The notes beneath the pieces were generated by a model that had not been told where the DNA came from, ran no database searches, and was given only the letters and a program-made list of their open reading frames with translations. Position numbers and translations under genes: made by a program. 64,000 nt of DNA from contig JBMNPM010000001.1 of assembly GCA_050943595.1 (NCBI GenBank), positions 112,794 to 176,793 of the forward strand. Reading direction: 5' to 3'. The number at the start of each line of letters is the position of its first letter. Positions within the stretch are counted from its first letter, which is position 1. Positions 1-11,433 of this stretch are shown piece by piece. Source of the DNA: Thermoleophilia bacterium. Its GTDB lineage: Bacteria > Actinomycetota > Thermoleophilia > RBG-16-64-13.

Positions 1-386
1 AGCGTATCGCTCGAGAGGCGGCAAAACAGAGCAGGCAGACGCGAATACCCTGGGTCGAGATTTTTGGGTCGCAGGTCGAGGCGATGACGCGTCTGGGAGG
101 GGAGATGGCGCACACAGTGGTCCTCGATCCAGAGGCGACGCAGACTCTATCCGATTTCCTGCAGGCGTCCGCCGGTGGTGAGGGTGGAGGCTCCGGTGGG
201 TGCTCGGCCGGATGTCGGCGGGTGACGCTTTGGGTTGGACCGGAAAGTGGCTGGAGCGTCGGTGAGCTGGACCGTCTTGTTGGTGCAGGGGCGCTGCCTG
301 CGAGGCTGGGGCGGGGCGTTCTGCGGACTGAGACGGCGGGCCCTGTGGCGCTGGCCATTGCGCGGTTGACCTTGAACGATTGGTAG
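1..386 (+). CDS. rsmE: 16S rRNA (uracil1498-N3)-methyltransferase RsmE, C-terminal part (5' end lies outside the window)
   Basis: Open frame from the window edge. 'RIAREAAKQSRQTRIPWV...LGRGVLRTETA' matches the RsmE C-terminal motifs. Confidence 0.7.
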   Translation, partial: RIAREAAKQSRQTRIPWVEIFGSQVEAMTRLGGEMAHTVVLDPEATQTLSDFLQASAGGEGGGSGGCSAGCRRVTLWVGPESGWSVGELDRLVGAGALPARLGRGVLRTETAGPVALAIARLTLNDW

Positions 387-399
387 TATAATCGTGTAG

Positions 400-741
400 A
401 TGGATGACTGTATTTTTTGTAGGATCGCACGTGGGGATGTACCCAGCGATATAGTCCTTGAAGATGACGCCTTCGTCGCTTTCCGGGACATCAATCCCAA
501 GGCCCCTCAACACGTACTGGTGATACCGAAGGAGCACATCGCGTCGCTCAACGACGTGGGCCGGTGGCAGGCGGGTGAGGGCCACCTCCTTCTCCAGTTC
601 ATCGCTCGAGTGGCGGCGGTACTCGCGATCGACAAGACGGGTTACCGGGTGTTGGTGAATGTGGGCTCCGACGGGGGTCAGGAGGTCGCCCATCTGCACT
701 TCCATATCCTGGGCGGACGAAAGTTGGGCGGCTTGGAATGA
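400..741 (+). CDS. HIT-family (histidine triad) nucleotide hydrolase
   Basis: 113 aa with an HxHxHxx motif 'HLHFHIL' and an N-terminal CIFC motif typical of HinT-like proteins. Confidence 0.85.
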   Translation: MDDCIFCRIARGDVPSDIVLEDDAFVAFRDINPKAPQHVLVIPKEHIASLNDVGRWQAGEGHLLLQFIARVAAVLAIDKTGYRVLVNVGSDGGQEVAHLHFHILGGRKLGGLE

Positions 742-894
742 GCATCGTTGGCATCCTGCAGGATGCGATGAAAGTGGCCCTCAGGGCGGGCGACAAGGAG
801 CGTGCCGGCGCCCTGCGCACCATAGAGGGTACTGAGGGGAGATCAAGGTGGACGGACGGCTGGCATCTCGCTTGGTCAAAGAAAGACCGTCCTT

Positions 895-1998
895 GTGAAG
901 CGGCCTGAGGGGGCTTCGATAGAGGTTGCGGATGGTCGCGAGGTGAGGGACGTGGGTGTGCCGGAAGTGAGCCGGCTGATCGACCTCGACAATCATGAAG
1001 CGGCCCTGCTGGTTGGAGCCAATGATACCCATCTGCGCACCCTGGAACAGCTGTTGGCGTGCGATATCTACCTGCGTGGTAATCAGCTGATGCTGGAAGG
1101 TCCCAGCGCAGAGGTGGAGCGAGGTCGCGCCCTCGTGGAAGAACTGCGCACTCTGTTGCGCTCGGGGGAAGGTTTGGATCGGTCGACTCTGGAGCTGGCG
1201 GCGTCACTTAGTACGGGGCGCAGGGGGTGGGGCGCGGAGCTGGAGGGCATCGTCTCTGACGTCATCCTTGAGCACAGGGGCAGGCGCATCCGGCCCAAGA
1301 CCGTCAATCAGAAGGCCTATGTCGATGCCATCCGCACCAACACCATCACATTCGGTATTGGGCCTGCCGGTACCGGCAAGACCTACCTGGCGATGGCCAT
1401 GGCGACATCGGCCCTCCTATCGGGCGAAGTGGCCCGCATCATCCTCACACGTCCGGCCGTGGAGGCCGGGGAGAAGCTCGGTTTTCTCCCCGGGGGCCTG
1501 ATGGAGAAGGTCGATCCATATTTGCGTCCTCTGTTCGATGCTCTGTACGACATGATGGACACGGATCGGCTGACTGAACATCTCCAGCGGGGCACCATCG
1601 AAGTGGCCCCCCTGGCTTATATGCGTGGTCGCACTTTGAATGATTCACTCATAATCCTGGATGAGGCGCAGAACACGAGCCCGGAGCAGATGAAGATGTT
1701 TCTTACCCGGCTGGGCTTTGGGGCTAAGATGATTGTGACCGGCGACATCACCCAAATCGATCTCCCCCGTGACCAACGGTCGGGGCTGGTGAACGTCCGT
1801 GAGGTGTTGGCCGGGGTGGCCGACATCTGTTTCATCAACTTCGACAGCCGTGATGTCGTCCGACACAAGCTGGTCCAGGATATCGTCTCCGCTTACAAGA
1901 AGTACGGTGAGCAGCACCGGCCGGCCCACAAGGGGATCCGTACGGCGGGCGAGAAGCATCACATGGACCGGGGTCGCGACTCCGGAGTCCGCTCCTAG
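895..1998 (+). CDS. phoH: PhoH-like ATPase
   Basis: Walker A 'GPAGTGKTYLAMA' and PhoH C-terminal region. Sits in the conserved phoH-HD-ybeY gene order. GTG start. Confidence 0.85.
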   Translation: MKRPEGASIEVADGREVRDVGVPEVSRLIDLDNHEAALLVGANDTHLRTLEQLLACDIYLRGNQLMLEGPSAEVERGRALVEELRTLLRSGEGLDRSTLELAASLSTGRRGWGAELEGIVSDVILEHRGRRIRPKTVNQKAYVDAIRTNTITFGIGPAGTGKTYLAMAMATSALLSGEVARIILTRPAVEAGEKLGFLPGGLMEKVDPYLRPLFDALYDMMDTDRLTEHLQRGTIEVAPLAYMRGRTLNDSLIILDEAQNTSPEQMKMFLTRLGFGAKMIVTGDITQIDLPRDQRSGLVNVREVLAGVADICFINFDSRDVVRHKLVQDIVSAYKKYGEQHRPAHKGIRTAGEKHHMDRGRDSGVRS

Positions 1999-2010
1999 CC
2001 AAAACTACAC

Positions 2011-4428
2011 ATGGATACGTTGCGTTCTTGGCTCGGGGAGAGGCTGACAGCCCATCGGGAGTGGATAGGTAAGCGTGATCCGGCCCGCTTCAGGCTCGTC
2101 ATGTTGTGCTGCCTCATCATCGGACTCGCCATAATCGTGTCGACTGCGTACCTGCCTGCCTTCGATGCGTTCTCTGTAGGGAAGCCTGCCCCACGTGCAA
2201 TCTCGGCTTCTCAAACCGTGACGGTTCTCGATAGTCCGGCCACTGATGCGCTGCGGGAGGACATGGCTGCGCTGGTCGAACCGGTCCGGGTCTCTGATCC
2301 CGCGGTCCTCAAGAGGGCCGACGCGGATTTGAAGGCCTTCTTTAGGACGGTCGACGATGAGAGGGCGGGATTGGCTACGTTGGACGGACGGGCTGGAACG
2401 GATGCAGCCGTGCAGGACGCTGTGGGTCGCCTGCGGATCGTGGCGCCGACGACGGCCTCCGATACCACACTGATCCTCCTGCTGCAGGCAGACACCTCCA
2501 CGTACGATCTAATTCTTACCCAGGCGGTGGGCACGCTGCAGACGGTGTTCACGAACCCGATCACTGACTCCACTCTCAAAGCTGCTCGGCAGAAGGTGCG
2601 TTCCATAACGGAGTCCCTCTCCGTTTCGGTTTCCAGCGCCGATGCGGTCTACGAGGTGACCGCCGGTTTCGTGCGCCCGAATCAGATTGTTGATGAACAC
2701 CAGACCATGACCCGGCGGCAGGCGGCCATGGACCACGTGGCACCGGTCACTATCACCGTGCTTGAGGACACCCAGGTGGTTCGCGAGGGTGAAGTGGTGA
2801 CTGAGCAGGACATGCTCATCCTGCGGGCGCTGCGAACAGACCAGACACGCTCTGGCTGGGATGTCTGGCTGGGAATACTGTTGCTTATCGCCCTTGCAGG
2901 GCTGGCTTTCTTCCGTCTCATCTATCGTTTCAATAGGGGTCAGGGGCTGGAGAACATCATGCTCCTCGCATTGGTGATCCTGCAACTCTTCTTCACCTTG
3001 GTGGCCCGTCTCTTGATCATCCAGCCTCTCTCCGCCTACCTCATCCCGGTGGCGGCTATCGGCATGATTGTCACTATCATTTTGAATGCCCGCACCGGTT
3101 TTCTAATGACGGCCATCATGTCGCTGAACGTGGGTATTTTGAGCGATCTGGATATGCGCTATTCCTTGGTGGCTATCATCGTCGGTATGTTTTCCGTCTA
3201 TCTGGTGTCCAAAGTGGTTCAGCGTGTAGCCATGCTGGGCGCGGCGGTAGCGGTCATGGTAATTGCGGCGTTCACGATCTTCTCCGTGGAACTCTTCCAA
3301 GGGACGGGGGTGGGCGATGCTCTGCGCCTGGCTCTCTGGGGGTTGGCGAACGGGCTTCTCTCCTGGGTGCTGACGGTGATCATACTGCTCATTTTAGATA
3401 CGGTATTTAACCTCAACACACCTTTGCGGCTGCTTGAGCTGGCCAACCCGGCTCACCCTCTCCTCAGGCGGCTTCTGCAGGTCGCACCCGGTACCTACAA
3501 TCACAGTGTGATGATGGGTAATCTGGCAGAAGCCGCTGCGGAAGCCATAGGTGCCAACCCGCTGCTGGCACGAGTGGGGGCCTACTACCACGATATCGGC
3601 AAGGTCATCCGTCCAGAATACTTCGTTGAGAACCAGATTTACGTGGACAATCCCCACGACCGATTGAGTCCCAACCTTTCCAAGCTGGCGATTGCTGCGC
3701 ACGTGAGGGATGGGGAGAACCTGGCCAAGCAGTACGGCCTACCCAGTCCCGTTCTGGAGATCATCCGCCAGCACCATGGAACCTCGGTCATCGCCTTCTT
3801 CTACCATAAGGCACGAAAGTCATCGAAGGTGCCTGTGGATGAAGAGAACTACCGATACGAAGAAGAGAAGCCTCGTTCAAAGGAGGCCGCCATAATCATG
3901 CTGGCCGACGGGACTGAGGCAGCTGTACGTGCGCTCTCCGACCCCACCCGCCGGAAGATCCAAGGGATGATCCAGGAGGTGTTCAAGCAGAAGATCGAGG
4001 ATGGGCAACTGGATGATTCCGATCTAACCTTGGCCGATCTGCGCAAGATTCGCGAGGCGTTCGACGTGAGTATGCGGGGGTTGGCCGGGCACCGGCTCCG
4101 CTATCCGGACAAAGACGAGGAGCAACGGGACCGGCCGGGCCGTCCACCTGGTGCCCCGTCTGTCGGACCTGCGGAGACGGACACCGGAATGAAAGCCCCC
4201 GGGGCCTCGAATCCACCGGCCTCCGGTCGCCGCGTTCCCCCGAGCGCAGCAGCGTTGAGAGCGCGGCGTTCGGCTGCCGAGCGGACCGAGCCATCGGAGA
4301 AGCCCGTGGTCAATCAGCCGCCGCCGGTGGTCTTGGAGTCCGCGCCCATTCGGGAGTTGAGTGACGATGAATCGTCGCCTGCGGCTGATGGTGCTGAGGG
4401 CCGGGACGACGGCCGTAACGGTTTATGA
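2011..4428 (+). CDS. 7TM-receptor HD-domain phosphohydrolase (YqfF/PgpH-like, cyclic-di-AMP-phosphodiesterase family) with a disordered Pro/Ala/Arg-rich C-terminal tail
   Basis: Multiple TM helices followed by an HD motif 'YHDIGK'. Located between phoH and ybeY. Confidence 0.8.
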   Translation: MDTLRSWLGERLTAHREWIGKRDPARFRLVMLCCLIIGLAIIVSTAYLPAFDAFSVGKPAPRAISASQTVTVLDSPATDALREDMAALVEPVRVSDPAVLKRADADLKAFFRTVDDERAGLATLDGRAGTDAAVQDAVGRLRIVAPTTASDTTLILLLQADTSTYDLILTQAVGTLQTVFTNPITDSTLKAARQKVRSITESLSVSVSSADAVYEVTAGFVRPNQIVDEHQTMTRRQAAMDHVAPVTITVLEDTQVVREGEVVTEQDMLILRALRTDQTRSGWDVWLGILLLIALAGLAFFRLIYRFNRGQGLENIMLLALVILQLFFTLVARLLIIQPLSAYLIPVAAIGMIVTIILNARTGFLMTAIMSLNVGILSDLDMRYSLVAIIVGMFSVYLVSKVVQRVAMLGAAVAVMVIAAFTIFSVELFQGTGVGDALRLALWGLANGLLSWVLTVIILLILDTVFNLNTPLRLLELANPAHPLLRRLLQVAPGTYNHSVMMGNLAEAAAEAIGANPLLARVGAYYHDIGKVIRPEYFVENQIYVDNPHDRLSPNLSKLAIAAHVRDGENLAKQYGLPSPVLEIIRQHHGTSVIAFFYHKARKSSKVPVDEENYRYEEEKPRSKEAAIIMLADGTEAAVRALSDPTRRKIQGMIQEVFKQKIEDGQLDDSDLTLADLRKIREAFDVSMRGLAGHRLRYPDKDEEQRDRPGRPPGAPSVGPAETDTGMKAPGASNPPASGRRVPPSAAALRARRSAAERTEPSEKPVVNQPPPVVLESAPIRELSDDESSPAADGAEGRDDGRNGL

Positions 4429-4958
4429 GTCTGCGCGTCGAAGTACTGGATGAGACGGGGAGCGATCTACCGGCGTCGGCCCTAGCGGCGCTGGTAGAGG
4501 CCGTCGTGACCGCCGAGCAGCGGGACGGAGTGGTCGGTGTGGTCCTGGTGGATGAGGCGGCCATGACCGGATTGAACGAGCGATATCGAGGTGGGTCGGG
4601 ATCCACCGATGTGCTCTCCTTTCTCGAGGAAGGAGAGGGAGACGATTGGCCGGATCCCGATCGGGCAGGAGACGGTGGCCGAGGTACCGAGGCCTGTCCT
4701 ACCTTGGGTGAGATTGTGGTGTGTCCCTCAGTCGTGGCAAAGTACGCCGGGGAGGAGGGGGTGCCGCTGTGCCGCCAGATGGGATGGACGGTCATCCACG
4801 GCATCCTGCATCTCCTCGGCTACGATCACGAGGTCGATCAGGGCCAGATGCGCGCACGCGAACAGGCGTTACTGATACGCTTTGCCGAGGAAGTGGCGAA
4901 GTTGGTCCCGGCTCATGGGCGTCGACCTCAGATCCGGAGGCCGTCGTATGGCATCTAG
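4425..4958 (+). CDS. ybeY: rRNA maturation endoribonuclease YbeY
   Basis: 'HGILHLLGYDHE' zinc-binding motif. 4-nt overlap with the upstream gene. Confidence 0.85.
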   Translation: MSLRVEVLDETGSDLPASALAALVEAVVTAEQRDGVVGVVLVDEAAMTGLNERYRGGSGSTDVLSFLEEGEGDDWPDPDRAGDGGRGTEACPTLGEIVVCPSVVAKYAGEEGVPLCRQMGWTVIHGILHLLGYDHEVDQGQMRAREQALLIRFAEEVAKLVPAHGRRPQIRRPSYGI

Positions 4959-4967
4959 ACTCGGCAT

Positions 4968-5453
4968 ATGAGCGATCTCACTTTCACCCGTCTAAGACAT
5001 CCGGATTACGATTTGCTGATGCGACTGGCCACCTACGATGAGGATGTTTTTGGCTCCGTTGGGTTGAGGGCCTGCGATTTGGCTGTGGTGGCTGAGGCGG
5101 GAGCGGTCTTCCTGGCCCACTTCGAGGGAGAGACGGTCGGTAGCTGCCAACTCCTCCGTGTCCTTGAGGAACCCTCGTTCGTGTATGTATTGGGATTCTA
5201 CATACGTCCGTCTTGGCAGGGGCGGGGGTTCGGACGGCGTCTTCTGCAGCAGATGATCGAGGAATGTCGTGGGCTTGGTGTTGATGGTATGGTGCTGACG
5301 GTCTCCCCGGATAATACCAGGGCTATCAATCTCTATAGGAGTGCCGGTTTCGTAGAGGAAGACTGCGTTCCCGATTTCTACGGAGCAGGCGAAGACCGTT
5401 TTATCCTGCGTTGGCGGTCCGGCGAGGTGGACTTGCCCTACCGTGTATCATAG
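4968..5453 (+). CDS. GNAT family N-acetyltransferase
   Basis: 'RPSWQGRGFGRRLL' acetyl-CoA-binding motif. Confidence 0.7.
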   Translation: MSDLTFTRLRHPDYDLLMRLATYDEDVFGSVGLRACDLAVVAEAGAVFLAHFEGETVGSCQLLRVLEEPSFVYVLGFYIRPSWQGRGFGRRLLQQMIEECRGLGVDGMVLTVSPDNTRAINLYRSAGFVEEDCVPDFYGAGEDRFILRWRSGEVDLPYRVS

Positions 5454-5480
5454 AAGCTCCAGCTGAGGAGACGAGGATTC

Positions 5481-6179
5481 GTGAGAATAGAGGAACTAGC
5501 TAAGACTATCGATAGCGCACTGCTCGATGTGACCGCCAGTACGAACACTGCCGTAGAAGGTCTCTGTCGCGACGCCATCTCATACCACTTCGCGTCGATC
5601 TGCGTCCTTCCCTACTGTGTTCCCGTAGCCCGTCAGTTGCTCCAAGGCTACGATGTCAAGGTGGGGACGGTGGTGTCTTATCCCTACGGGGCCGATTCAC
5701 AGAGAACCAAGATCGTCGGAGCCGAGCAGGCGGTCGCATTGGGGGCCGATGAGGTTGACGTCGTGCTCAACATCCCTGCCATGTTGTCTGGTGATTTCCG
5801 TTACGCGCGCGATGAGTTGCGCAGCGTGGTGCGCGCGGTGCGCATGACAAGCGTCAACACCGGCCGGGGGCTGGTGTTGGTGAAAGCCAACGTGGAGGCT
5901 TACTATCTCGATGAGAAGCTGAAGCGCCTGGTCTGCAAGATCGTTGAGGATTCGGGCGCCGACTTCATCAAGACCTCCACCGGTAAGGCTCCCGGGGGAG
6001 CCACCAGCAAGGATGTGGAGCTGTTCCGCGACCTTCTTCCCGAGAGTGTGGGAGTGGATGCTTCGGGAGGTATACGCACGGCGGAACATGCCGAGTTGAT
6101 GATCAATGCAGGCGCAGCCCGCATCGGTACGTCATACGCGGTGGATATCATCAAGGAGTTCTCTGCGGAGCGAGAGTAA
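5481..6179 (+). CDS. deoC: deoxyribose-phosphate aldolase
   Basis: 'FIKTSTGK' Schiff-base lysine motif and overall DeoC length. GTG start with a GAGGAG RBS. Confidence 0.8.
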   Translation: MRIEELAKTIDSALLDVTASTNTAVEGLCRDAISYHFASICVLPYCVPVARQLLQGYDVKVGTVVSYPYGADSQRTKIVGAEQAVALGADEVDVVLNIPAMLSGDFRYARDELRSVVRAVRMTSVNTGRGLVLVKANVEAYYLDEKLKRLVCKIVEDSGADFIKTSTGKAPGGATSKDVELFRDLLPESVGVDASGGIRTAEHAELMINAGAARIGTSYAVDIIKEFSAERE

Positions 6180-6221
6180 GTTACGACCAAGGGCCGGGGT
6201 ATGGCCCGAGGGAGGCTGTGT

Positions 6222-6938
6222 ATGGGCTCGCGCTTCTTTACGACCGAGGCTCTCGTCATCGGGTCGATGCGCTATCGTGAAGCCGACCGCATCGTCACGT
6301 TGTACACGAAGGACCGGGGCCGCGTCGGCGCCGTCGCCAAAGGCGTGCGGAGGACCAGGTCGAAGGTGGGGGGTCGTCTCGAGCCGTACAGCTTGGTCCA
6401 GGCCAGCCTACACTGCGGCCGCGGTCTTTACACCGTCTGCGGGGTGGAGACCCTGCGCACCTTTCAGGGAGTGCGCGACGAGCTGTTTCGCATGGAAGAA
6501 GGCGCCCGACTGTTGGGTGCGGTGCGTCATCTCTTCCCCGCTGAGGAGGGGAGCCCTCCGGCCTTCAATCTCCTTGTGCGCGGCGTCGCCCGGCTGGCCG
6601 AGGCTCACGATGCGGCCATGGCGGCCGCCGTCGTTCTGGCCGTCAGATTGAAGCTGTTGGTGCTGCTTGGATACGCTCCTGAGACGACGTGCTGTGCCGT
6701 TTGCGGGTCGGAGGAAGCCGCCCACGGTTTCTCTCCCCGTATGGGGGGAGTGGTGTGCGAGGTCTGCGCAGTGAGTGGCTCCCTGTCGTGCGTGCCTCTC
6801 AGCAGTGGAGTCTTGGCCACCTTACGCACTCTTATGGAAGGTCCACTGGGGCGGCTCCAGTATCTGGATCTTGATGACCGCGCCGCGGCGGAAGTGCAGC
6901 AGGTACTGACGCAGACCTTGGCCTACCACGGTCACTGA
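6222..6938 (+). CDS. recO: DNA repair protein RecO
   Basis: N-terminal OB fold 'TEALVIGSMRYREADRIVTL' and a C-terminal CxxC...CxxC zinc finger. The ATG at 6222 has a GGAGG RBS, so it is preferred over the 6201 start. Confidence 0.8.
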   Translation: MGSRFFTTEALVIGSMRYREADRIVTLYTKDRGRVGAVAKGVRRTRSKVGGRLEPYSLVQASLHCGRGLYTVCGVETLRTFQGVRDELFRMEEGARLLGAVRHLFPAEEGSPPAFNLLVRGVARLAEAHDAAMAAAVVLAVRLKLLVLLGYAPETTCCAVCGSEEAAHGFSPRMGGVVCEVCAVSGSLSCVPLSSGVLATLRTLMEGPLGRLQYLDLDDRAAAEVQQVLTQTLAYHGH

Positions 6939-7070
6939 GGTGAGGCCCATAGTGGGGCTCACCGGCTGCGAAATCACGACCCAGCTTCATCGTGGGCCGT
7001 CGGAGGCGACGAAGTCGGCCTTTGCGAAGGCGACAGCGGACCTCAGCGCGCGTCTGATTATGTACTTGCC

Positions 7071-8576
<1,506 letters not shown>

Positions 8577-8711
8577 CTAGCAAAGCGCAGACAGTTGTGT
8601 GGGGACCACCGGACGGAGGCGGCCCGGCGCGCCTCCGCTGCCGCTATAGTAATACGGCACCATACTACGCCATATGGATCGGATGGACGCCGTCACCTCC
8701 GGCCGGCTGGA

Positions 8712-9302
8712 CTAGGAGTCCGCAGCCGCCCGGCGTTTGCCGTCCGCCACCAGAGCGAACATGAACCCTCCCAGGTTGTCGACGGTGACCGTCTCAAAGA
8801 AGGGGCGGAAGATCTGAGCAGCTTGTGTGTTGCTCAACCGGAGATGGGGCGGAGGGCCATTCTGCCACGAGGCCGGTTCGGTCCGCCAGTCAATCATGAC
8901 CACTCGGCCGGGATCGCGTAGTGCCTTGAGCAGACGACTCATCCCCACGTCGCCCGCGGTCTCGTGCAGCGTGACTATGGAGTAGGCTGTGTCGATACTG
9001 TTTGCGGGTAGAGGCATATCGCGGATGTCGCCCTCGAGCAGGTGGACGTTGGCCGGTACGCCTCTCTGCCTGTAGGCGTCGTTCATTCGCGGGGACAACT
9101 CTAGGGCGTAGATGACGCCGGTTGTGTGTTTGGCGACCAGATCCGTGTAGAAGCCGGTACCGCTACCCAGGTCGGCCAAGTCCTCGGTGCCACGCAGGTC
9201 GAGCAGACGGAGAAGGTCCTCTTCGCTCACCTGGCTCTTGAGCCGAGCAGGATTGTTCAGGCGATGAGCGTTCTCGGGATCAAAGCGCCGGTGATCATCC
9301 AT
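8712..9302 (-). CDS. class I SAM-dependent methyltransferase
   Basis: 'DLGSGTGFYT' SAM motif. I chose the start at 9302 (ATG with an AGGAGG RBS 7 nt upstream). The ORF track extends to 9395. Confidence 0.65.
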   Translation of the reverse strand: MDDHRRFDPENAHRLNNPARLKSQVSEEDLLRLLDLRGTEDLADLGSGTGFYTDLVAKHTTGVIYALELSPRMNDAYRQRGVPANVHLLEGDIRDMPLPANSIDTAYSIVTLHETAGDVGMSRLLKALRDPGRVVMIDWRTEPASWQNGPPPHLRLSNTQAAQIFRPFFETVTVDNLGGFMFALVADGKRRAAADS

Positions 9303-9469
9303 GGAAAGGCCTCCTGACGGGCGGTACGCGTAGCGCATCACGTTGTCAATCATGACACATCTTTCCGCTCCATCTACTCCACCACCGGCGGCCAATGCTC
9401 TAAGGTCATCCCTATGGGCATCGTGGCCCTCTTCGCCATCGGCGCAGTGCTATACTCGTGCCGTCAAGA

Positions 9470-9570
9470 CACTTTGCTAGGGGAGCGTCGAGCTGAGAGT
9501 GTGGTTCCGGCCACAGACCCTACGAACCTGATCTGGGTAATGCCAGCGAAGGGAAGTAAACGGTTTGATC
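9470..9570 (+). ncRNA. TPP (THI-box) riboswitch
   Basis: 'GGGGAGCGUCGAGCUGAGA...ACCCUACGAACCUGAUCUGGGUAAUGCCAGCGAAGGGAAG' matches the THI-box consensus (CUGAGA and ACCUGAUCUGG-UAAUGCCAGCG-AGGGAA). It lies directly upstream of the thiamine operon. Confidence 0.85.
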
Positions 9571-9640
9571 GCGTGAGCGCCGAACTTCTCCGGTGTACCG
9601 CGACTGCTACGGCTGCTCCCCGGCCACGGGAGGCAGAGAA

Positions 9641-10279
9641 GTGCGTGCGGTGGTAGTTGCCGGATCCGATCTCAATGAGACCTTGGACACCTCATTGCTG
9701 GCGACGGCCGACGTCCTGGTCGCCGTCGACGGGGGAGCGGACGCTCTAGCCCGCGTAGGTGCACTGCCGGCTGTTCTCGTCGGCGATCTCGATTCCATCA
9801 CTCCGCACACCCGTGCGCATCTCGATACGCAGGGGGTGGAAGTGGTGCTCCTACCTGTTGCCAAAGATATCACCGATACCGAAGCCGCCCTTCGTCTGGT
9901 GGTGGAGCGAGGTGCCGACGACATCGTCGTTCTAGGCGCTCTGGGTGGGCCTCGTCTCGACCACCTGGTCGGCAATCTGCTGCTGCTCACCGCCAATTGG
10001 TTGGTCGGGTGCCGGGTTTGCCTGATCGACGAGCGGCACGAGGCCTTTCTGTGTGGAGGTGATGCCGTCTTGATGGGGGAGCGTGGTGACACGGTTTCCT
10101 TGATTCCGCTGACGTCTGAGGTGACCGGTGTATCTACTGAAGGGCTCTTGTATCCGCTGACGGGCGAGACGCTACGTTGGGCGGTCACGCGCTCCCTCAG
10201 CAACACCATGATTAGAGATGAGGCACGTGTGACCCACAGCGACGGTCAGTTACTCGTTATCCACTATCGAGGGAGATGA
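9641..10279 (+). CDS. thiamine pyrophosphokinase
   Basis: 'VLVGDLDS' and 'VVLGALGGPRLDH' TPK motifs. GTG at 9641 with a GGGAGG RBS. The 9593 start would overlap the riboswitch expression platform. Confidence 0.75.
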   Translation: MRAVVVAGSDLNETLDTSLLATADVLVAVDGGADALARVGALPAVLVGDLDSITPHTRAHLDTQGVEVVLLPVAKDITDTEAALRLVVERGADDIVVLGALGGPRLDHLVGNLLLLTANWLVGCRVCLIDERHEAFLCGGDAVLMGERGDTVSLIPLTSEVTGVSTEGLLYPLTGETLRWAVTRSLSNTMIRDEARVTHSDGQLLVIHYRGR

Positions 10280-10614
10280 TACTCATGGATGGCACATCAA
10301 CCACAAGAGAAGGCTACCAGAGCCCCGACATCGTTGGCTGCCAGTTCTCCATCTATCCCCTGCGACAGCCTGACTTGGATGGTTCTATCCGTGGGGCGAT
10401 CCAGGCTGCGGCAGATCAGGGGTGCCGCGTGCGGGTACAGAACCTGAGCACATTGCTCTCCGGAAGCGAAGATGAGGTACTCGCAGGGTTGCGCGCGGCC
10501 TTCCGTGCCGCGCAGGAGCGTGGCCCTATGGTTATGGTCGCCACCTTAGTGGCCGGCATGCCCACCGACGAACTGGTGGGTAAGATCCAGCAGGAGCTTG
10601 ACGCCGGCACGTGA
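10276..10614 (+). CDS. YkoF-like thiamine/HMP-binding protein (MTH1187/YkoF family)
   Basis: ~110 aa ACT-like protein between the TPK gene and an ABC transporter, under TPP riboswitch control. Confidence 0.5.
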   Translation: MILMDGTSTTREGYQSPDIVGCQFSIYPLRQPDLDGSIRGAIQAAADQGCRVRVQNLSTLLSGSEDEVLAGLRAAFRAAQERGPMVMVATLVAGMPTDELVGKIQQELDAGT

Positions 10615-11417
10615 GGACTGCCGCCAGGACATTGTGGCGCAGTGATGTCGTTCCGCCCCTGTCGCTCCTTGTCGCACTCGGTCTGGCCTGGTATTTCGTA
10701 GCCGAGTTCAGCGGCCTTGGATCGTTCGTTCTGCCCTCGCCGGTGGACGTTGCGCGGGCAGCCTGGGAGACTCGTGGTCTCCTCTTTGATGCGGTCGGCA
10801 CTACGGTGATGGCGACTGCGATAGGGTTGTTTATCGCTCTCGTGGCCGGGGTGGGGTTGGCGGCTCTGATTGATTTCTGGCCGTTGGCGCGCCGGGCCCT
10901 TTACCCACTCCTGGTGGTATCACAAACGTTGCAGATACTAGCGATCGCACCCATCCTGGTCATTTGGTTTGGGTTCGGAATGGTTCCGACCGTCTCTATC
11001 GTTGTGCTGTTCTGCTTCTTTCCGCTAACCATAAGCACTGCCGATGGCTTGGCGTCCTCAGATCCAGAATTGGTGGCCCTGCTCCGGGCCATGGGGGCTG
11101 GTAGGCGACAGATCTGGAGGATGGTGCGACTGCCGTCGGCTCTGCCGTCGTTCTTCACCGGGTTGCGCATGGCGGTCACATACAGTGTGGTGGCGGCGAC
11201 CGTTGGAGAGTGGGTGGGAGGCTCCCCGGGGCTGGGGCTGTATCTGCTCCGCTCCAAGAATTCGCTTGCGACGGACCAGGTGTTCGCGGCTATGTTCGTC
11301 ACGTCGTTGCTGAGCATATGCCTGTTTCTATTGGTTATGGGTATCGAGCGAATCGCGCTGCCCTGGTACTACTCCGCGCAGCGGCAGGAGCAGTGGGAAG
11401 GCCAGGGCATCTACTGA
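10611..11417 (+). CDS. ABC transporter permease (NitT/TauT/ThiX-type)
   Basis: 6 TM helices and a binding-protein-dependent transport signature. Coupled to the neighbouring genes. Confidence 0.8.
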   Translation: MRTAARTLWRSDVVPPLSLLVALGLAWYFVAEFSGLGSFVLPSPVDVARAAWETRGLLFDAVGTTVMATAIGLFIALVAGVGLAALIDFWPLARRALYPLLVVSQTLQILAIAPILVIWFGFGMVPTVSIVVLFCFFPLTISTADGLASSDPELVALLRAMGAGRRQIWRMVRLPSALPSFFTGLRMAVTYSVVAATVGEWVGGSPGLGLYLLRSKNSLATDQVFAAMFVTSLLSICLFLLVMGIERIALPWYYSAQRQEQWEGQGIY

Positions 11418-11433
11418 ATCATCAGAAGGAGAG

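Noticed and set aside
4060-4428. Separate gene in the Pro/Ala/Arg-rich tail of the HD-7TM protein
   Set aside because: It is continuous in frame with the HD domain and has no internal start context, so it is interpreted as a disordered C-terminal extension.
9414-9656. 80-aa ORF on the + strand
   Set aside because: It lies entirely over the TPP riboswitch aptamer and expression platform, so it is a non-coding RNA region.
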